Positions 50,901-64,000 of a DNA stretch of 64,000 bases are shown piece after piece. The notes under the pieces were generated by a model. It was given only the letters and a program-made list of their open reading frames with translations. It searched no databases and had not been told where the DNA came from. Both the position numbers and the translations under genes were made by a program. Every line of letters starts with the position of its first letter. The stretch's first letter is position 1. This DNA is from Camelus dromedarius (lineage: Eukaryota): contig NC_087437.1 in the NCBI RefSeq assembly GCF_036321535.1, forward strand, positions 38,938,001-39,002,000. The letters are read 5' to 3'.

Positions 50901-53900
50901 TGATTGAAAAATCATCAGCTAGCTAAGTTCTGGTGGTAATAGGCCATCTTGAGGAAGCGCTCACAAGTTTCAGAAACTTCTACAGCTGTTCATTCAAAGA
51001 TGTAGGGAGATAAACAGTGCACAAAATAGCAAACAGAGGCACTGCAGCCTGCAGGAGAATTGGGATTTCATTGTGTGTGTCAAAAGTAAATGAATTCAAG
51101 AATAACCACTTGAAAAGGAATTCTCCCTTAATGTCTTTGGTGCAAAAATGTGCTCAGATTGTACTGGCTCTGAAGAGTCAGACTCAAAGAAGTAAATTAC
51201 TTTCTAGCTACCAGCTTTCAATTGCTACTGGCTCAAAGTGCTAGCTAACCTTGTAAAAGTGGAGCAGAGAAGAGGGTAGTTTGCATTTTTCTCCTGAGCA
51301 AAATGGAAGAGACAAACTGAGTGAGATTCCCATAGTGGCAACAAGATTTCTGATGGCAAAAGTTTATAAATAGGCATAAACATCCCATTGCAAGCCTCAA
51401 CAAGAACCACTTAAGTGTCCTGTATACATTTTTCAAGCAATTTTTCTTTGGAATAAAGGGTCTAGGAAATGGTTTTGAGGTGTGAAAACTGATGTTTATA
51501 GAGAGTAAACTGTTTTCTTTGAAGGCTTTTCAAGTATATCTTCAGCAGCCATGTAATTATGTAAATTTGTCCGGGATAGTTAGAGCAGTCAGAAACCAGT
51601 ACTAATGAACCGATGGGTCATAGGCTCCGCAGTGGTCTGGCCCAGTGCCTTTCAGCCAAAGAGAAGCCTTTAGCACAGTCCTGGAAGCATCGATGAGGCT
51701 GCACTGTGATCTGTTGGCTTTCTTTGGTCACAAGAGGACTGAGGACATAAAAATCAAACCCTTTTCCCAGGAAATCTATCTGAACTGCATGGCAGTTACA
51801 TCCTTTGTATCTCATTGGCTAGAAATGAATATAGTCTACGTTCTGTAAGGCAGAAGACTGCTGGTTTTTTTTTAACCTGTGACTTGGAGCATAGTAGAAT
51901 GCACATGGCGTCGACAAGGCAGGGTATCTTTCTAAGATGAGTTCATTTGAATGAGTTTAGAGAATCTGTGTCTTCACTCACAAAATCACTCTGAGGGATC
52001 ACATACTTTTTGGATTGTTTCTAACTTGTTCCCATCCATAACATGGAGGTAACAATGCCTAGTTTCAGGGTTGTTGAAGGATTAAATAAGAGAATGTATG
52101 GGTAGTACTCACTTCAGAGCCTGGCAGGTAGTAAGTACCCAGTAAATGGTGCCTCTTATTATTTTCAGGAATCTCCAACAAATGTCAGTATTAACTAGGT
52201 GCAGCAAACACTACTTTGAAGCACTGATATGAATCAATGGAAATGCTACACCACCATTTATATACAGAACAGCAATACCTGGGTTTGATGGATCTCAGGA
52301 AGTCAACATGCCCTGCTGCACTGGAGCAGACAGCACAGGCTTTAGTGAAGAATTCTTTGACCATTAGTATAATCTGGTTCATACCAGATGTTGAAGAGCC
52401 AAGAAGTAGGTACATATAACATGTAGCACCTGGATGAAAATGTGCTAGAAATTCAGGAAGCATTCAGAGATGAACTCCTATAAATATACAAATGAGTTTC
52501 AGGAGCCTACTGGAAGCTATTGGGCAAAATGAGTGAAAGAGAGCATGCAGACTGGAGAGAACAGCAAGGTGATACATCTTCTGGTACACAATGTTTGTTT
52601 TTTTTGTTTGTTTTTTGTTTTGGTGGGAGATGTGATGGGCGATTAGAGCCATGCATTCAAAAGAGCATGGGTTTTGAGGTTCTAAGCCCTAGCCCTGTTT
52701 GTGTTGTAGAATCTTTGTGTTTTCCTTGGGAAAGTCACTTGGTTTCCTGGGCATGATCATCCTCCTTCGTATGAGGAAGAACTTCAGCTTGATTTCTAAG
52801 TTCTCTTCCTGCTCTCACATTTGATGGATTCTGTGGATCAGAGAGAGGCAGGCGATAGTGCAGGCTATTTGCTGTGTCTGAATTAGCAACCTTCATGCTC
52901 CTCTCCTGTTATTGAGAACCCACCCTAAGTAAACCTAAGTAGTCGGCGCTCTGGTGATCACAATGATAAATAGTTGGGTTCTGTTCTCAAATCTTAAAAC
53001 CAGGGTGAGGAACTAGCTACTTACACTGCTGAGAACGTTGAAGCTTCAGGGTTGAATGGGACATAGTGTTAGGTTGGTTCACTTACCAAAAAAAAAAAAA
53101 GATAGTTTTGTTGATTTTCTGGAAAGAACTGAGAATGAGAGACACCAAGGAAAGAGGAGGAAGAGAGGGAAGAAAGAGATCAGTAGATAGTGACCCCAAA
53201 GGAGGAATAGGAGGAAGAAAGCAGAACGTAGGAGGAAAGCAGAGCTGGTCAGAAAAGGGTAGAATTGGGCTCTCTTCTGTTCCCCACAGCAGATGTTAAT
53301 ACCATTTATAAAACTCCTTCCCACTGAGTCCACATTTGGCTTCAGGAGCCTTTTGAGCACAGAATTCCACAAAGTGACTGTCAACAGGAGTGGACACGTG
53401 AAAAAGAAATTGCATTTTGGAGTTAGGGAATGAGTTCGGGTTTGTAAGTGGTAAGCTTTTCAGGCCTTAGTCCAGATTTTTCTTGGAAATTCACTCATAT
53501 TTCACCAACTTACTTTTCTGACCTCTCAAGTCCTATAGCATTTCTTGTTTGTCTGTTATCTGGCGTTTCCTGTTTGTCTGCTATCTGGCATTTCCTCCCT
53601 GCTGTGGTCAGTAGTCTGTTTGTGGTCTGAATCTTGTCCTTCCAGCTGGATGTGAACTCTTTAAGCCTGAGATCATGTCTGACATGTCTTTGCTCTCCTC
53701 ACAGTATATACTTGACACTTTAAAGTTCATGGTTTCTTTGTGACTGTGGCTTCTCTGTATTTTGTATAATAACTCAGAAAATGGTGTAACTAGTTTTGGT
53801 AAAGCTTTTATAAATAGTTAACAGTACAAATTTTTGCACCAAAATGAAATGATTTAGAATGTGTATTTCATAAACTATTTTGAACAACGGGCATGTTGGT

Positions 53901-54249
53901 ACAGAAGGCTGGGAACAGACTAATCAATAGAAACACATGCTAATTTGTTGAATGTTAGGTCATTTTCTAGTATCCAGGTGGGCACATATGCCCCAAGATG
54001 TCAGGGCGAATTCATGGAAAACCTCAGTCTTCTGGCACATCTGAGTGCCAGGTCTGACCCAAGTTAGTGACAAAGGAGACTTGATCTCAGATTGCTGGGA
54101 TCCTGATAAAGGTGTGCTCTTATTTCCTTCTGTTCTGCTTGAATTTTCCAGTTGCTGAATTTGATGGAGAAAACTATCCCCATGACATTATGGCATGAGT
54201 TTTTTAAATGACAAGAGTGTTTTCCTCCTCATTAGTGCAGTGAGAGACA

Positions 54250-54485
54250 CTAATAACTCATTTACTGAATTCTTAATATTTGCCAGGCATTGTTTAAACC
54301 ACTTTACACGTGAACTGCATATCCAGTCTTTGCGGTGTCTCTGTGAAGTCAATACTCGATATCACTTCTTAAACCTGAACCACAGAGTAGTTATGTAACT
54401 GGCCCAAGGTCACACAGCCAGTAAGTAGAAAAGCCTGGATTCACAGGCAGCCTGGCACCAGAATCCAGGCGCTTCACCCATATAC
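54250..54485 (-). mobile_element. MIR SINE
   Basis: catttactgaa...tgccaggcattgttt...gtaactggcccaaggtcacacagccagtaagt. Confidence 0.8.
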
Positions 54486-54669
54486 TCAGTCTCTCGAGGT
54501 GAGTACAGGTCCCAAAGGGCTTGTCCTTGATTGGCTGCATTAGCTAATCAACATTAGCTGATGGCCTCTGCTGCTCTCAGTGGTGGTAAACAGAAGGCGA
54601 CAGTGAATAAGTGAATTACTTTCGGGAAAGTGAGCATCCGTAGAAAGACAGCTTCATCTTTTAATCTGG

Positions 54670-54915
54670 GACAGTAGAGTGAACTGGTTAAAATGGTGTC
54701 CTGGAATTAGGCTGTGTGAGTTTTTAGTGAGTTCTGCAGATTTCCAGCTGGTGACTTGGGAAAAGTTATTTATACTCTCTACCTTAGTTTCTTCATCTAT
54801 AAAATGAAAAGAGAAACAGTTCTTATCTGATAGGATTATTGAATGATTAAATGAAAGGATCTATATAAATTACTGGATACTGTTCCTGACAGGTAGCAAG
54901 CCCCCAATAAACGCT
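54670..54915 (+). mobile_element. MIR SINE
   Basis: gtgacttgggaaaagttattt...ccttagttttcttcatctataaaatg core. Confidence 0.75.
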
Positions 54916-56289
54916 GTCATCCTCCTCATCTCATTGCCATCATCACTGATTTGGCAGAAGGGAATAATGCCTGGCAGCCAGGTTCATTCTTCATCTGCCT
55001 TCATGTGAAAGGGACAAGTTAATCAGATAGTCACCTTATTGAGTGGACTTTTTCCAGACCTCGTTATCTTCACAGGACAACCAACTGTATGTGCATCTGT
55101 ATCTACAAGTACATAGTGAACGTAGCAAATAACTAATGACCCAGTGATGATCCTGAGTAGTAAAGAAACATTACCTAGCATTCACTTCATATACTTTATA
55201 CAATACTTGGTATATTTTGCACATGACTCACAGTATATTTTGGAAGTATTTCCATTAAAAAATACATTTAGGGTATGAAAGTTTAGACTTAGCTATTTAG
55301 AAATCCTTTAAAAATCTAGAATGGTTCACTTTCAAAGAATCCCAAATAACACCCATTTTATTTTGCATCTTAATGTGCTACCATTTCACATTCAATTATA
55401 GTGTAGGTTATCAGTTAGATCACAAAAAAATACCCAGGAAGGCAGGAGGGCCTGCTTTAATCTCACAGCTACTCTGTGACTGAATAAGGTGTACTGTGAC
55501 CATCCTTTGGAGTGGGTGTGGAAGTGGAGGATGAGAGGTTGGGTTGGATGAAGCCATCAGCCCCAGATGCACCTTGCTGGGGATGGGGACTCAGAGGTTG
55601 ATAGAGCACCTGTTTATGCTTATCGGCTCTGTAACCTTAGGGAGGTGATTTAACCTTTCTTAGCCAGTTTTGTCTCATGTTAAAATGGGCACTGTAAATC
55701 CCACTCTGTAAGGTTCAAGTGAGGATTAGAGTATGGTACATAAGATACCTGGTACATGAGAGGTCACCTATTCAACAGGTATTTCCAGCTGTATCTCATG
55801 TGCTGCCATTCAGAAATGGAGGCTATTCTTATGATTTAGGGTGAATGTGCCAGGCACCATGTTTTTAAAACAAAACCCTCCCATTGCCAAGAAAGGAAAT
55901 GAAAAAGACTGTTAGTATTTTGAAATGCATGATTCAAAGGAGTTGTGCCTCTTCTTAAAATGTCTATGTGCTTGTATATATCTAAGTTTTGGTAAAGAGA
56001 TATAGAAATAGCCAGAGTTATTGAGACACAGAGGACTTCAAAGCCTCAGCTTTGAAAACCTATTAGCATGGAGGGAGAAGTCTCGGGAATGGGAGATGCA
56101 AATCACCCTGACGTCAAGGGGCCACGGTAAACACAGAACTTGTTACAATATGGGGATTCAGAAGAACACCAGCAGGTGACCACTGACTGAATGTCAACAG
56201 CTGAACAGGGGTCAGAGCAGATCCCGGGCTGAAGTGTTTTCCCTGAGCTTGTCCTGCTTAATGAAGTGAGGCTGTCAGTCCACACTGAA

Positions 56290-56570
56290 CTCTTACTTTC
56301 TCTGTGAGGCCTTCCCTTGCCTTCATATCTAAAATCACCTCCAATCCCTGCTCACTTCCTGTCCCTTGCTCAACTCCCCTGCTCCCCCTTTTTCTCCTTA
56401 GCATTTAAAATTGTCTAATGTACTGTCCATCTGTTTTATTGACAATTTACCTCACCGATGGAAACTTGTTTAAGGGTAGAATTTTTGCCTGTGTTGTTCA
56501 CTGATGATCCCTGTGCGCAGAATCCTGCCTTACACATAGGAAGCACTCAGTGAATATTTACTGGATGATA
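56290..56570 (+). mobile_element. LINE L2 3' end
   Basis: ctctgtgaggccttccct, ttagcatt, gttcactgatgatccc, cacataggaagcactcagtgaatattt. Confidence 0.7.
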
Positions 56571-57316
56571 TTTGCATAAATTCTAATTATCGTGGGTGAG
56601 TACTCCATTTAAGTAAAGTGCTGATAGTTCATCGCTCAGTATTGATTTAGTTATTTTCAGTCAGTCTGTTCTTGACTTTACCAAGCTCTTTTGGGAATTG
56701 CTAAGGAGAAATATGTTAACTGATGGATGAAAACCTGACATTCATAGTTAAGGGCCCTGAGTCCAGAGTAGGCAGACAAAGGCCCCTCCCACCGAATGGC
56801 ATCCTAAATAAAGCATCATTTCCACATACCTTGATTATATATACACAGTAACAAACCATATACATTTCTGAGGGTGAAGAAATATGAAAATCAACTTATA
56901 AAGTCATAGGATAGTCTCAAATAGGTGAGAGTGATCATCAGATGTAAAGTGTGTCATCGAGCATTCTGAGATTGGCGACATTCTGTTTATGCGGCTAAAT
57001 CCTTAAGGCTCACAATACCTGTAACGGCAGAAGAATTTGAAGTAGACAGTCCGGTGGGGCTGGTCCAGGCTACACTGACGACCATTACAGTTTCTCTCTG
57101 TCACTTTCTTCTATGACATTGAATTAGTTTCAGTTGTGCATTAAGTATTTTAAATATCATTGCCAGTATTTCCTAGGAAGGATACTTTTTTTTCTTTCCT
57201 AATACGTGATTAAAAGAAGAATGTTGAATTTTTAAAGGTAAATATTCTTATACCAAGGGACATATGCCTTTGATTTTGATAATTTTTTTTGATGTAAAAA
57301 TTCAGTAAGCAGTTCC

Positions 57317-57675
57317 TGTGGTAGGCGGAATAATGGCTCCCCAAAGATGGTCGCATCCTGATCCCTGGAGCCAGTGAATCTGTTACAGAAGGGACAGTGC
57401 AAATGTGATGAAGTTTCAGGACTTTGAGATGGGGAGATCACCCTGGGTTATTTAGGTAGGTGTGATCTAATCACACGAATCTTTAAAAGTGGAGAACTTT
57501 TCCCAGCTGCGATCAGAGAGAGTAATCTGAAGACACTATGCTGCTGGCTTTGAAAATGGAGGAAAAGAGGCCACTAGCCAAGGAATGCAGACAGCCTCTA
57601 GAAGTGGGAAAAAGCACAGGAACAAATTCCCCTCTAGAGCATTCCAAATGAACTTTTAGTCTGTGAAAAATAAAG
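57317..57675 (+). mobile_element. MaLR LTR (MLT1D-like), 3' part deleted
   Basis: tgtggtaggcggaataatggctccccaaagat start; gctggctttgaaaatggagg, agccaaggaatgcagacagcctctagaag. Confidence 0.85.
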
Positions 57676-58850
57676 CAACTGCTGCTGTGCCTGTGCAAGT
57701 AAAAGTATTACTTAGTACAAAAGAAAATTACTTCCTTGCTAATAATGCCAAGTACTAATTAAAGGGCTTATATTAAAGTGCATTTTGGGTGCTCTGTGGT
57801 GCCATCACAATTTACAGATCGGATGGTCTTGAAATGTTTGAACTGTGACAGGTTATTTTAAAGTCCAGTGGAACATATTCTTTTGCATTGTTAGGTCAGA
57901 AGCTATGAAAACACTATCATTTTAGTGGGTACATTTCCATGTTTGACAGTTGTGCACTATGTCTTGTTTACATATTCTGGAGTTAATTTTTCATAAGTGG
58001 TAAATTGTTGGTTAACATGAGATTTTGCAAGAGAAATCTGAAACTGTACCTATAGATTGAACATAATGTTAACGTGTATTCGATCCGGTGGCTACACACA
58101 AGTAAGCGATGCATTGTCTCTGATTCAGTATCCTCGTGACCCAACTGCATTCCTTTGTGCGAATAGTATTTATAGCAGTTTAATTCATAGTATTCTTTAG
58201 CCCTGAGTTTTGTTTCATCTAGTAAGGCTAGTGAAGTTAATTATGTTGTCTAGAAGTGGAGAAACAAACCCACCAACAATCACTAAGATTGCTGCTAATG
58301 TTGATATGATTGAATTCATAGTAGAGGCAGCTGGATTTAATTATCAGCTTGCAGTGTTGTGGTTTCAGCAGCAATCGCTGAGGAATGGATAATGCAAGTA
58401 GCCTTCAAAGCCACGTACATTAGAGATAAAAACCTTGTCATTCAGGCAGACAGCTGACTGAACAAGTATTACAATGAACAAAGATTTCCCAAGGGAGGTT
58501 GCAGACTAAGGTTTGGTTTTGTCTCCTTGGCTTCGATTCAGGTATGTCAGAGACACAGGATCTTACTCTTTCTAACTTAATAAAATGTTACTCATTCTTA
58601 ACATGAGGGGTGGGTTGAGGGAGGTTTTTTGGGGGGGCATTGTGGCAATTACATAAATCCTTTGTTAGCTAATGACTTCATTCCTTATTCGGCTCATTTA
58701 TGGGGAGAAATGCAGAAAAGAATCCTTAGGTTCTAATTATCTTAGTAGCATTGCCTGAGTACCAACTTAAATTCTGTCACAGCTATGACAGAGCTGGCTA
58801 AGAGCGACAGTGGCTACTGGCAGCAGAAATCCAATATTTTCCCTCTAAAT

Positions 58851-59067
58851 CAGGGTTTCCCAAGAGCAGTACTCTGGACATTTGGGGGACCAGATAATTC
58901 TTTGTTGTGGGGGACTGTCTTGTGCCTGGTGGGATGTTTAGCAGCATCCCTGGTTCCTATGCTCTGAATGCCAGTAGCCCCTCCCCCAGTTGCAAAGACC
59001 AAAAATATTTCCAAATATTGTCAAAAGTGCCCTGGGGAGCAAAATTGCCCCTCGTTGAGAACCATTG
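58851..59067 (+). mobile_element. MER20 hAT-Charlie DNA transposon
   Basis: ccagataattctttgttgtggggg, gatgtttagcagcatccctgg, aaaattgcccctcgttgagaaccattg. Confidence 0.85.
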
Positions 59068-59820
59068 CCATTACATCTGGAGTGGAATATAGGGAAGTTC
59101 CTTTTGGAAAGTATTACAAGCTTTTCTTTCTAACGGTCCCTTGGTGCTGTGAGCTTCCTTTTCCTTGAGAAGGGCAGGTCTTGTGCTTCGTATTCCCAAG
59201 AGAATCAGATGCTTGCAGAAAGTACTAACATCTTAGAGTTTAAGTGCTTTGTGTATACACACAGACACATAGACACAAAGACAGACAGACCCCCTCTGAC
59301 CTTTATACATGAGCTCTGTTTGCTTTTATAAGTGATATCCTTATGATACTCTAGACAGAGCATTCAGAAGCATAACGTCTCTCAACGTAAATTCTCTGGC
59401 TGGTGCTGCTTCTCCGCACAGCAGTACTTCATACTCTAGGAAGCAGCCCTTTAGCTACATAAGATATGAAGCAGCAGGATGCAATAAGGAACCAATGAAT
59501 CTTTAATGAATAGTTTTTAATAGAAGTCACATTGTTTTAATAATAGGGAAGATAACATGTTATTAGTGCTGGCAATTAATTAAGGAATCTTGCCAAGATA
59601 ATTGGTAATCATTTTCTTAATTTCTTTGTGTGATTTAATAAATACATTTTTTCTTCCAGTGTGATAACATTAGCTGAATCATGGCTCCCTTTGCATGTAG
59701 CTTAGTTACCAGATTGAGGTTCAAAAATGGTGAGGGAATTTGTCCTGTATTGTGTTGATAAATAAATCAAAAGAATGATTAAAATAAAAAGATTGCCTGT
59801 TTTTAAAAGGTATGATTCAA

Positions 59821-60048
59821 AAGGAAATTGGGAGTTTGGGATTGGCAGATACAAACTACTATATACAGAGTAGATAAACAACAAGGTCCTGCTGTATAGC
59901 ACAGGGAACTATATTCAATGGCTTGTAGTAACCTGTAATGAAAAAGAAAATAATGTATGTATATATAAAGCAGAATCACTGTGCTGTACACCAGAAACTA
60001 ATACAACATTGTAAATCAACTATACTACAATATAAAAAGAAAACAAAA
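59821..60048 (+). mobile_element. L1 3' end, cetartiodactyl type, with A-rich tail
   Basis: gggagtttgggattggcagatacaaactactatata...aacaaggtcctgctgtatagcacagggaactatattcaa...tgctgtacaccagaaactaatacaacattgtaaatcaactatact. Confidence 0.85.
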
Positions 60049-62708
60049 GGCCCTTTTAAGCCCCATGTGGATGATTTTGGTTTTGGTTATATTTGTAATC
60101 CCTGCTCTTCTCAAAGCCCCTACCTCAATAACAGGAGCTCACAGGTCGGGGCAGTTTGAACGCAGGAGATAGAACCCTGAAATCTGAGTTCTTTCCCTGG
60201 CTTTCTCACCTGTCTGACCTTGGGCAGGCTGAGATTTACTCTTCCTGTTTTCTTAGGTGTAAAGGAAGATAACCCCTCTGGCCCCAGCCAACCCTCCATA
60301 TAGTGTTCTAGGGATTAATTAGAGGAGTCATTTGAAGTCAGTGAAGTCATTCTGCAAGCCTCGCAGAAAAGCACTCTCTCTAACACAAGCTATTTCTCGG
60401 GTTTCTTCTTTCTCTTCCTCCCTCTGCTGGGCAGTTCTGCCTCTTCTGTCTACTCTCATCTAGCCATTTAGCTGCTGGGGGTTGATTAAACTGTTACTCA
60501 CACTCTCTTTCCCGGCTTGCATTAAAGGAACAGTATTCGACTTCATTTTGTTGAGAGATTTAAGCCCTTCCTTGTCTGACAGACTTTAAATTCACCTCTT
60601 AAATGCGTTCCTACAGGCCCCAGACACAGTATCAACAAAGTAGAAAACACCAACTTTGTTCCTTAGTCACCTCGAATAAAAATGATGCCATTTATTTGTA
60701 ACAAGTTTGGAATATTCTGATAACAAACGCTATCAGTTCTGATGTACTGCGGTAATGGGAATAGTATCTGTGCTATTTTTTTTATGGAAAACTTATTTCT
60801 AACAGTTTCCTTTTTTTTTTTTTTGGTAAATCTAATTGCTTTTGGTTCACCAAGAATTCATGGGCAATTGCTTTTCTCACTACTACAAACATATTGCAAG
60901 TGGAGCTTTTATATTCAGGGTTGCTGACCTGAATCTGTTTCCTTCACAGTAGTCTTGTGCTGTTTCCAAGTTTAGGAAACTGACAGAGTTTGAAAAGACA
61001 ATCTTCATCAGTCAGACGATGGGTGCTACTTTTGCATCCTTTACACATAATTGTCAAAAAAATCCCATTAGTACTCAACCACGGGCCAATGCATGAAAAT
61101 GTAATCAAGACATTGCAGAGATGACTCAGAGACAAACAGGAACCCTTATTTACGACCGCAATTTACTACTATCCCATACAGACTTGGTGTTCTCAATTTC
61201 TGAAGAAATTATCTGTATCGGACATGTAGACTCATGATCCAGAGGGTATAGGAAATGTCACTTTATGTTAAAAAAGAACCCACCTCATACTTAGCTTTGT
61301 GCTCTACTCCTTGCAATCATAATGGTGTCTTTCCAGGCTTAATTGTGTTTTTCAGTCTGGGGAAACGTTTTAATTTTTTTATTGGTTGTGGTAGAGTTTC
61401 AGCAGATTCTTGGGAAGCCCTTCCCATGTGTTTCCTGATGCAGTTAACCTGCAGAAAGATGTATATGCTTCTGTGTGTGTGTGTGTGTGCACGTGCGTGT
61501 GTTTGATGAGAAGGAAGTGGCAACAGTTGATTTCAACTGAAGGAACACATTTGTGTCCCTATTTAAAGTGGGTACAGGTCAGAATATTTTAATGCACTAA
61601 GCCATTTTTTTCTTCCTATTAGGCCTTGGACTTTGAAATGTGATGGTTTAAATGGATTAGAAAGATGAAGAGAATAAAGGAGAAACCAATTTATCCATGA
61701 TTTAATCTATATGGTAAAATCCATTGGAATTCAAAACTTCATAAGGTTAAACGTCAGTAAAAATGATGGTTCCTGGTGTAGTCAAACTAGTTTCCACCCT
61801 TTATTTGATTGCCTGGACACTAGAAGGGAGGGAGCTCTGCATGCATAGGCATTCTGGTTTAATTTTACTCCCTAAAACCTTTATGTGTAATTATTTTTAA
61901 ACCTCAGTGTTTATGAATAAAATGTACCTAGAGTTTTGAAAAAATCCTCTAAAAACTTTGAGGTTTGAAAACAGCAGAAAAATATCCTATGTATGACAGC
62001 TTACCCTTTGAAAAATAACTGTGGGCCTTTCAAACAAGTAGTTGTGAGGTCTGGCTCCTTAGGTGAGGGCTGCTTTGTTGATTGACAGCCCACGAGTCTG
62101 AGGCTGTCCAAGGAGTCCATCTTAAATCCAGCTGTAAATCACCAGTGGGGCTGAAAACAAGCATAGATTATGTGGTACAAGTATTTAGGTCTGAATTCTA
62201 ATATTTATGCCTCACCTAAGCTACAATGTGTTCTGGAGAAGGGTGTCTGGGCTCCCTTCTTGGCCCCATGGCATCACATTCCTCGACGATATTTGTTAGA
62301 ATTGTCCAAAAAGATTTTTGTGAGCAGATTTGAAGCATATTTTCTATTGGAATCTGAATGATTTTTAAAAATCTGTAATTGTACTTTTTGTGTCTCTAAG
62401 TAGAGGAGCTAACTAAAAAGGTTTGGATCATTAAATAAAAGTGAGTGATACCTTCACTTCCCAGACACCCCTAAAACCTGTGTCACATGTTTTGATATCC
62501 AACTTAGTGCTTTATTTACTGAGCACCAGCCCTTAATTTTATTCTTAAGTCATTTTCACTGAAGTTTGCCTCCTCTTGGTAGTGTGGGATTGATAGTACT
62601 CCTGCAATACGTTCTTTGAAGACTGGGAATGTACGGTATTTAGAATTTTTTTAGGGTCCAAAATTTTAAAAACTGAAATAGTCTTCAACAACCATTTCCC
62701 CAATGCCT

Positions 62709-62740
<32 letters not shown>

Positions 62741-62749
62741 ACTGAGCAT

Positions 62750-63620
62750 GACCTAAACCTAGCTTCTCATCTTCCTGCTGAACTTACTGCTCCCAAGGGC
62801 TTCCCTTCTCCTTGATGGTAACAACGTTCGGTGGCTCAGGCCACACATCTGATGCCAGTCTTGACTTCTCTCTTCCTTTTACATCTCATGCCCAATCTTT
62901 CAGAAATATCCTTTTGATTCAGTGTTCAAATTAAGTCCGGAACCCATCGCTTTTCTCCACCTCCACTGCTACTACCCTATGTCCAACTCCCATCATCTTT
63001 TGCTTTGATTATTGGAGTGGCCTCCTAACTGGCCCCCTGCTTCCACCTTTGCTCTCCATTCCCTTCTTACAAAGGAGCCAGAGTGATCCTGGTGGAAGCG
63101 TCGCCAGAGCGTGCTACTGCTTTGATCAAACGCTGCGCTGCACGGCTCCCTGCTGCCCCACTGCGGATGAGTCTACGTGGTCTGCCCCCGCCCCCGCCAC
63201 CGTTATCTCTCTGAACTCTCCTCTCCTCTGACTTCTCTTCCCTCTCCCCATTCCAACTGCGCTGGCCTCGTTGCTGTAAGCCAGGCACGTCCCTGCCTCA
63301 GGCTGAGCAGTGGCTCGTGCTCTGTCTCTTAGATACCTGTGTGGTGGGTGCCCCCATATAATGTCTCCTTCCCACAGTGTTGTCAATTATCTTAAAAATT
63401 ACAGTTGTTTTCCGGTTCTCTCCATGCTCCTTGCTTTGCTTAATTTTTTTCTCTAGCACTTGCCGCTGACTATCAGACTGTACAATTTACTTGTTTTATA
63501 TTTTCTGTTGTCACTGACTAGAATGCCAGCTCTATGCAGGCAGGGATTTTTGTTGGTTTTGTTCAGTGTTATATCCTAGCCTGAACAGTGCTGGGCACAT
63601 AGCTTATGCTAAATAATAAT
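62750..63620 (+). mobile_element. LINE L2 3' portion
   Basis: ggctcaggccaca...cttgacttctctctt, ctccacctccactgct, gcctcctaactgg, gccagagtgatc, gactagaatgccagctctatgcaggcaggga. Confidence 0.8.
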
Positions 63621-63789
63621 CGCTCTCTTTTGTTTACTGCTTACTGTGGATACATTTTCACTTTCATCATTTAACTTATTCTCCTCTGTGCGCCTAGGGC
63701 TATTAGACACAGGAAGAGCTTGGTCTTGACTCATGAGTGGACTTCAAACAGATAGAAACAAAAGGCATTCAGGCAGCAGGAAGAGAGTT

Positions 63790-64000
63790 TGCAAGATGCT
63801 GAGAAGTGAGAGAGAGCAGAGTGTGAAGTTTCAGGGGTGAAGGGCTGTAAGAATGTAGGAAAGGAAATGGGAGAACAACATTCCAAGGTCAACGGCAGAC
63901 AGATTATCAAGTGCTTGTACATCATGCCGGGGAGCCCAGATTTATCTCGTGGGCAGTGGTGAATCAATAAAAGATTACACGAGGGTTGATTTGCTCAGAT
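63790..64000 (-). mobile_element. LINE L2 fragment (reverse orientation)
   Basis: ggaaatgggagaacaacattccaagg...cagattat...gggcagtggtgaatca...ttgatttgctcagat. Confidence 0.5.

Noticed and set aside
34936..64000. Next calcium-binding EGF exon (D-I-N-E-C type) and the miR-551b hairpin
   Set aside because: Neither was recognised by eye; consistent with a long intron continuing past the window
1..64000. CRISPR array, operon, rRNA, tRNA or snRNA genes
   Set aside because: Mammalian intronic DNA; no regularly spaced repeats or recognisable structural RNA

Overview
Mammalian genomic DNA, AT-rich and mostly intronic. The young L1 3' ends and the absence of ruminant, pig and whale SINEs point to a cetartiodactyl, most likely a camelid. 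The only gene content I can support is three consecutive + strand exons (30723-30855, 33320-33429, 34831-34935). They encode an EMI domain and a first, degenerate EGF-like repeat of the MEGF6 paralogue EGFEM1 (a pseudogene in human, annotated as coding in mouse). The first exon is 133 bp instead of the frame-preserving 135 bp, so a 2-bp deletion leads to a stop at 30847-30849. Conserved cysteines are also substituted in the next two exons, so this copy looks pseudogenised even though all splice sites are canonical. The rest is interspersed repeats (L2, MIR, L1, L3/CR1, MaLR, ERV1 and ERVL LTRs, a truncated non-autonomous ERV1, hAT and Tigger-derived MERs), microsatellites and a few repeat-free candidate regulatory stretches. 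Nearly all ORFs in the supplied track are spurious. I found no prokaryote-type system, CRISPR array or RNA gene. Homology and repeat family names come from my recall of consensus and protein sequences, not from database searches, and most repeat boundaries are approximate.
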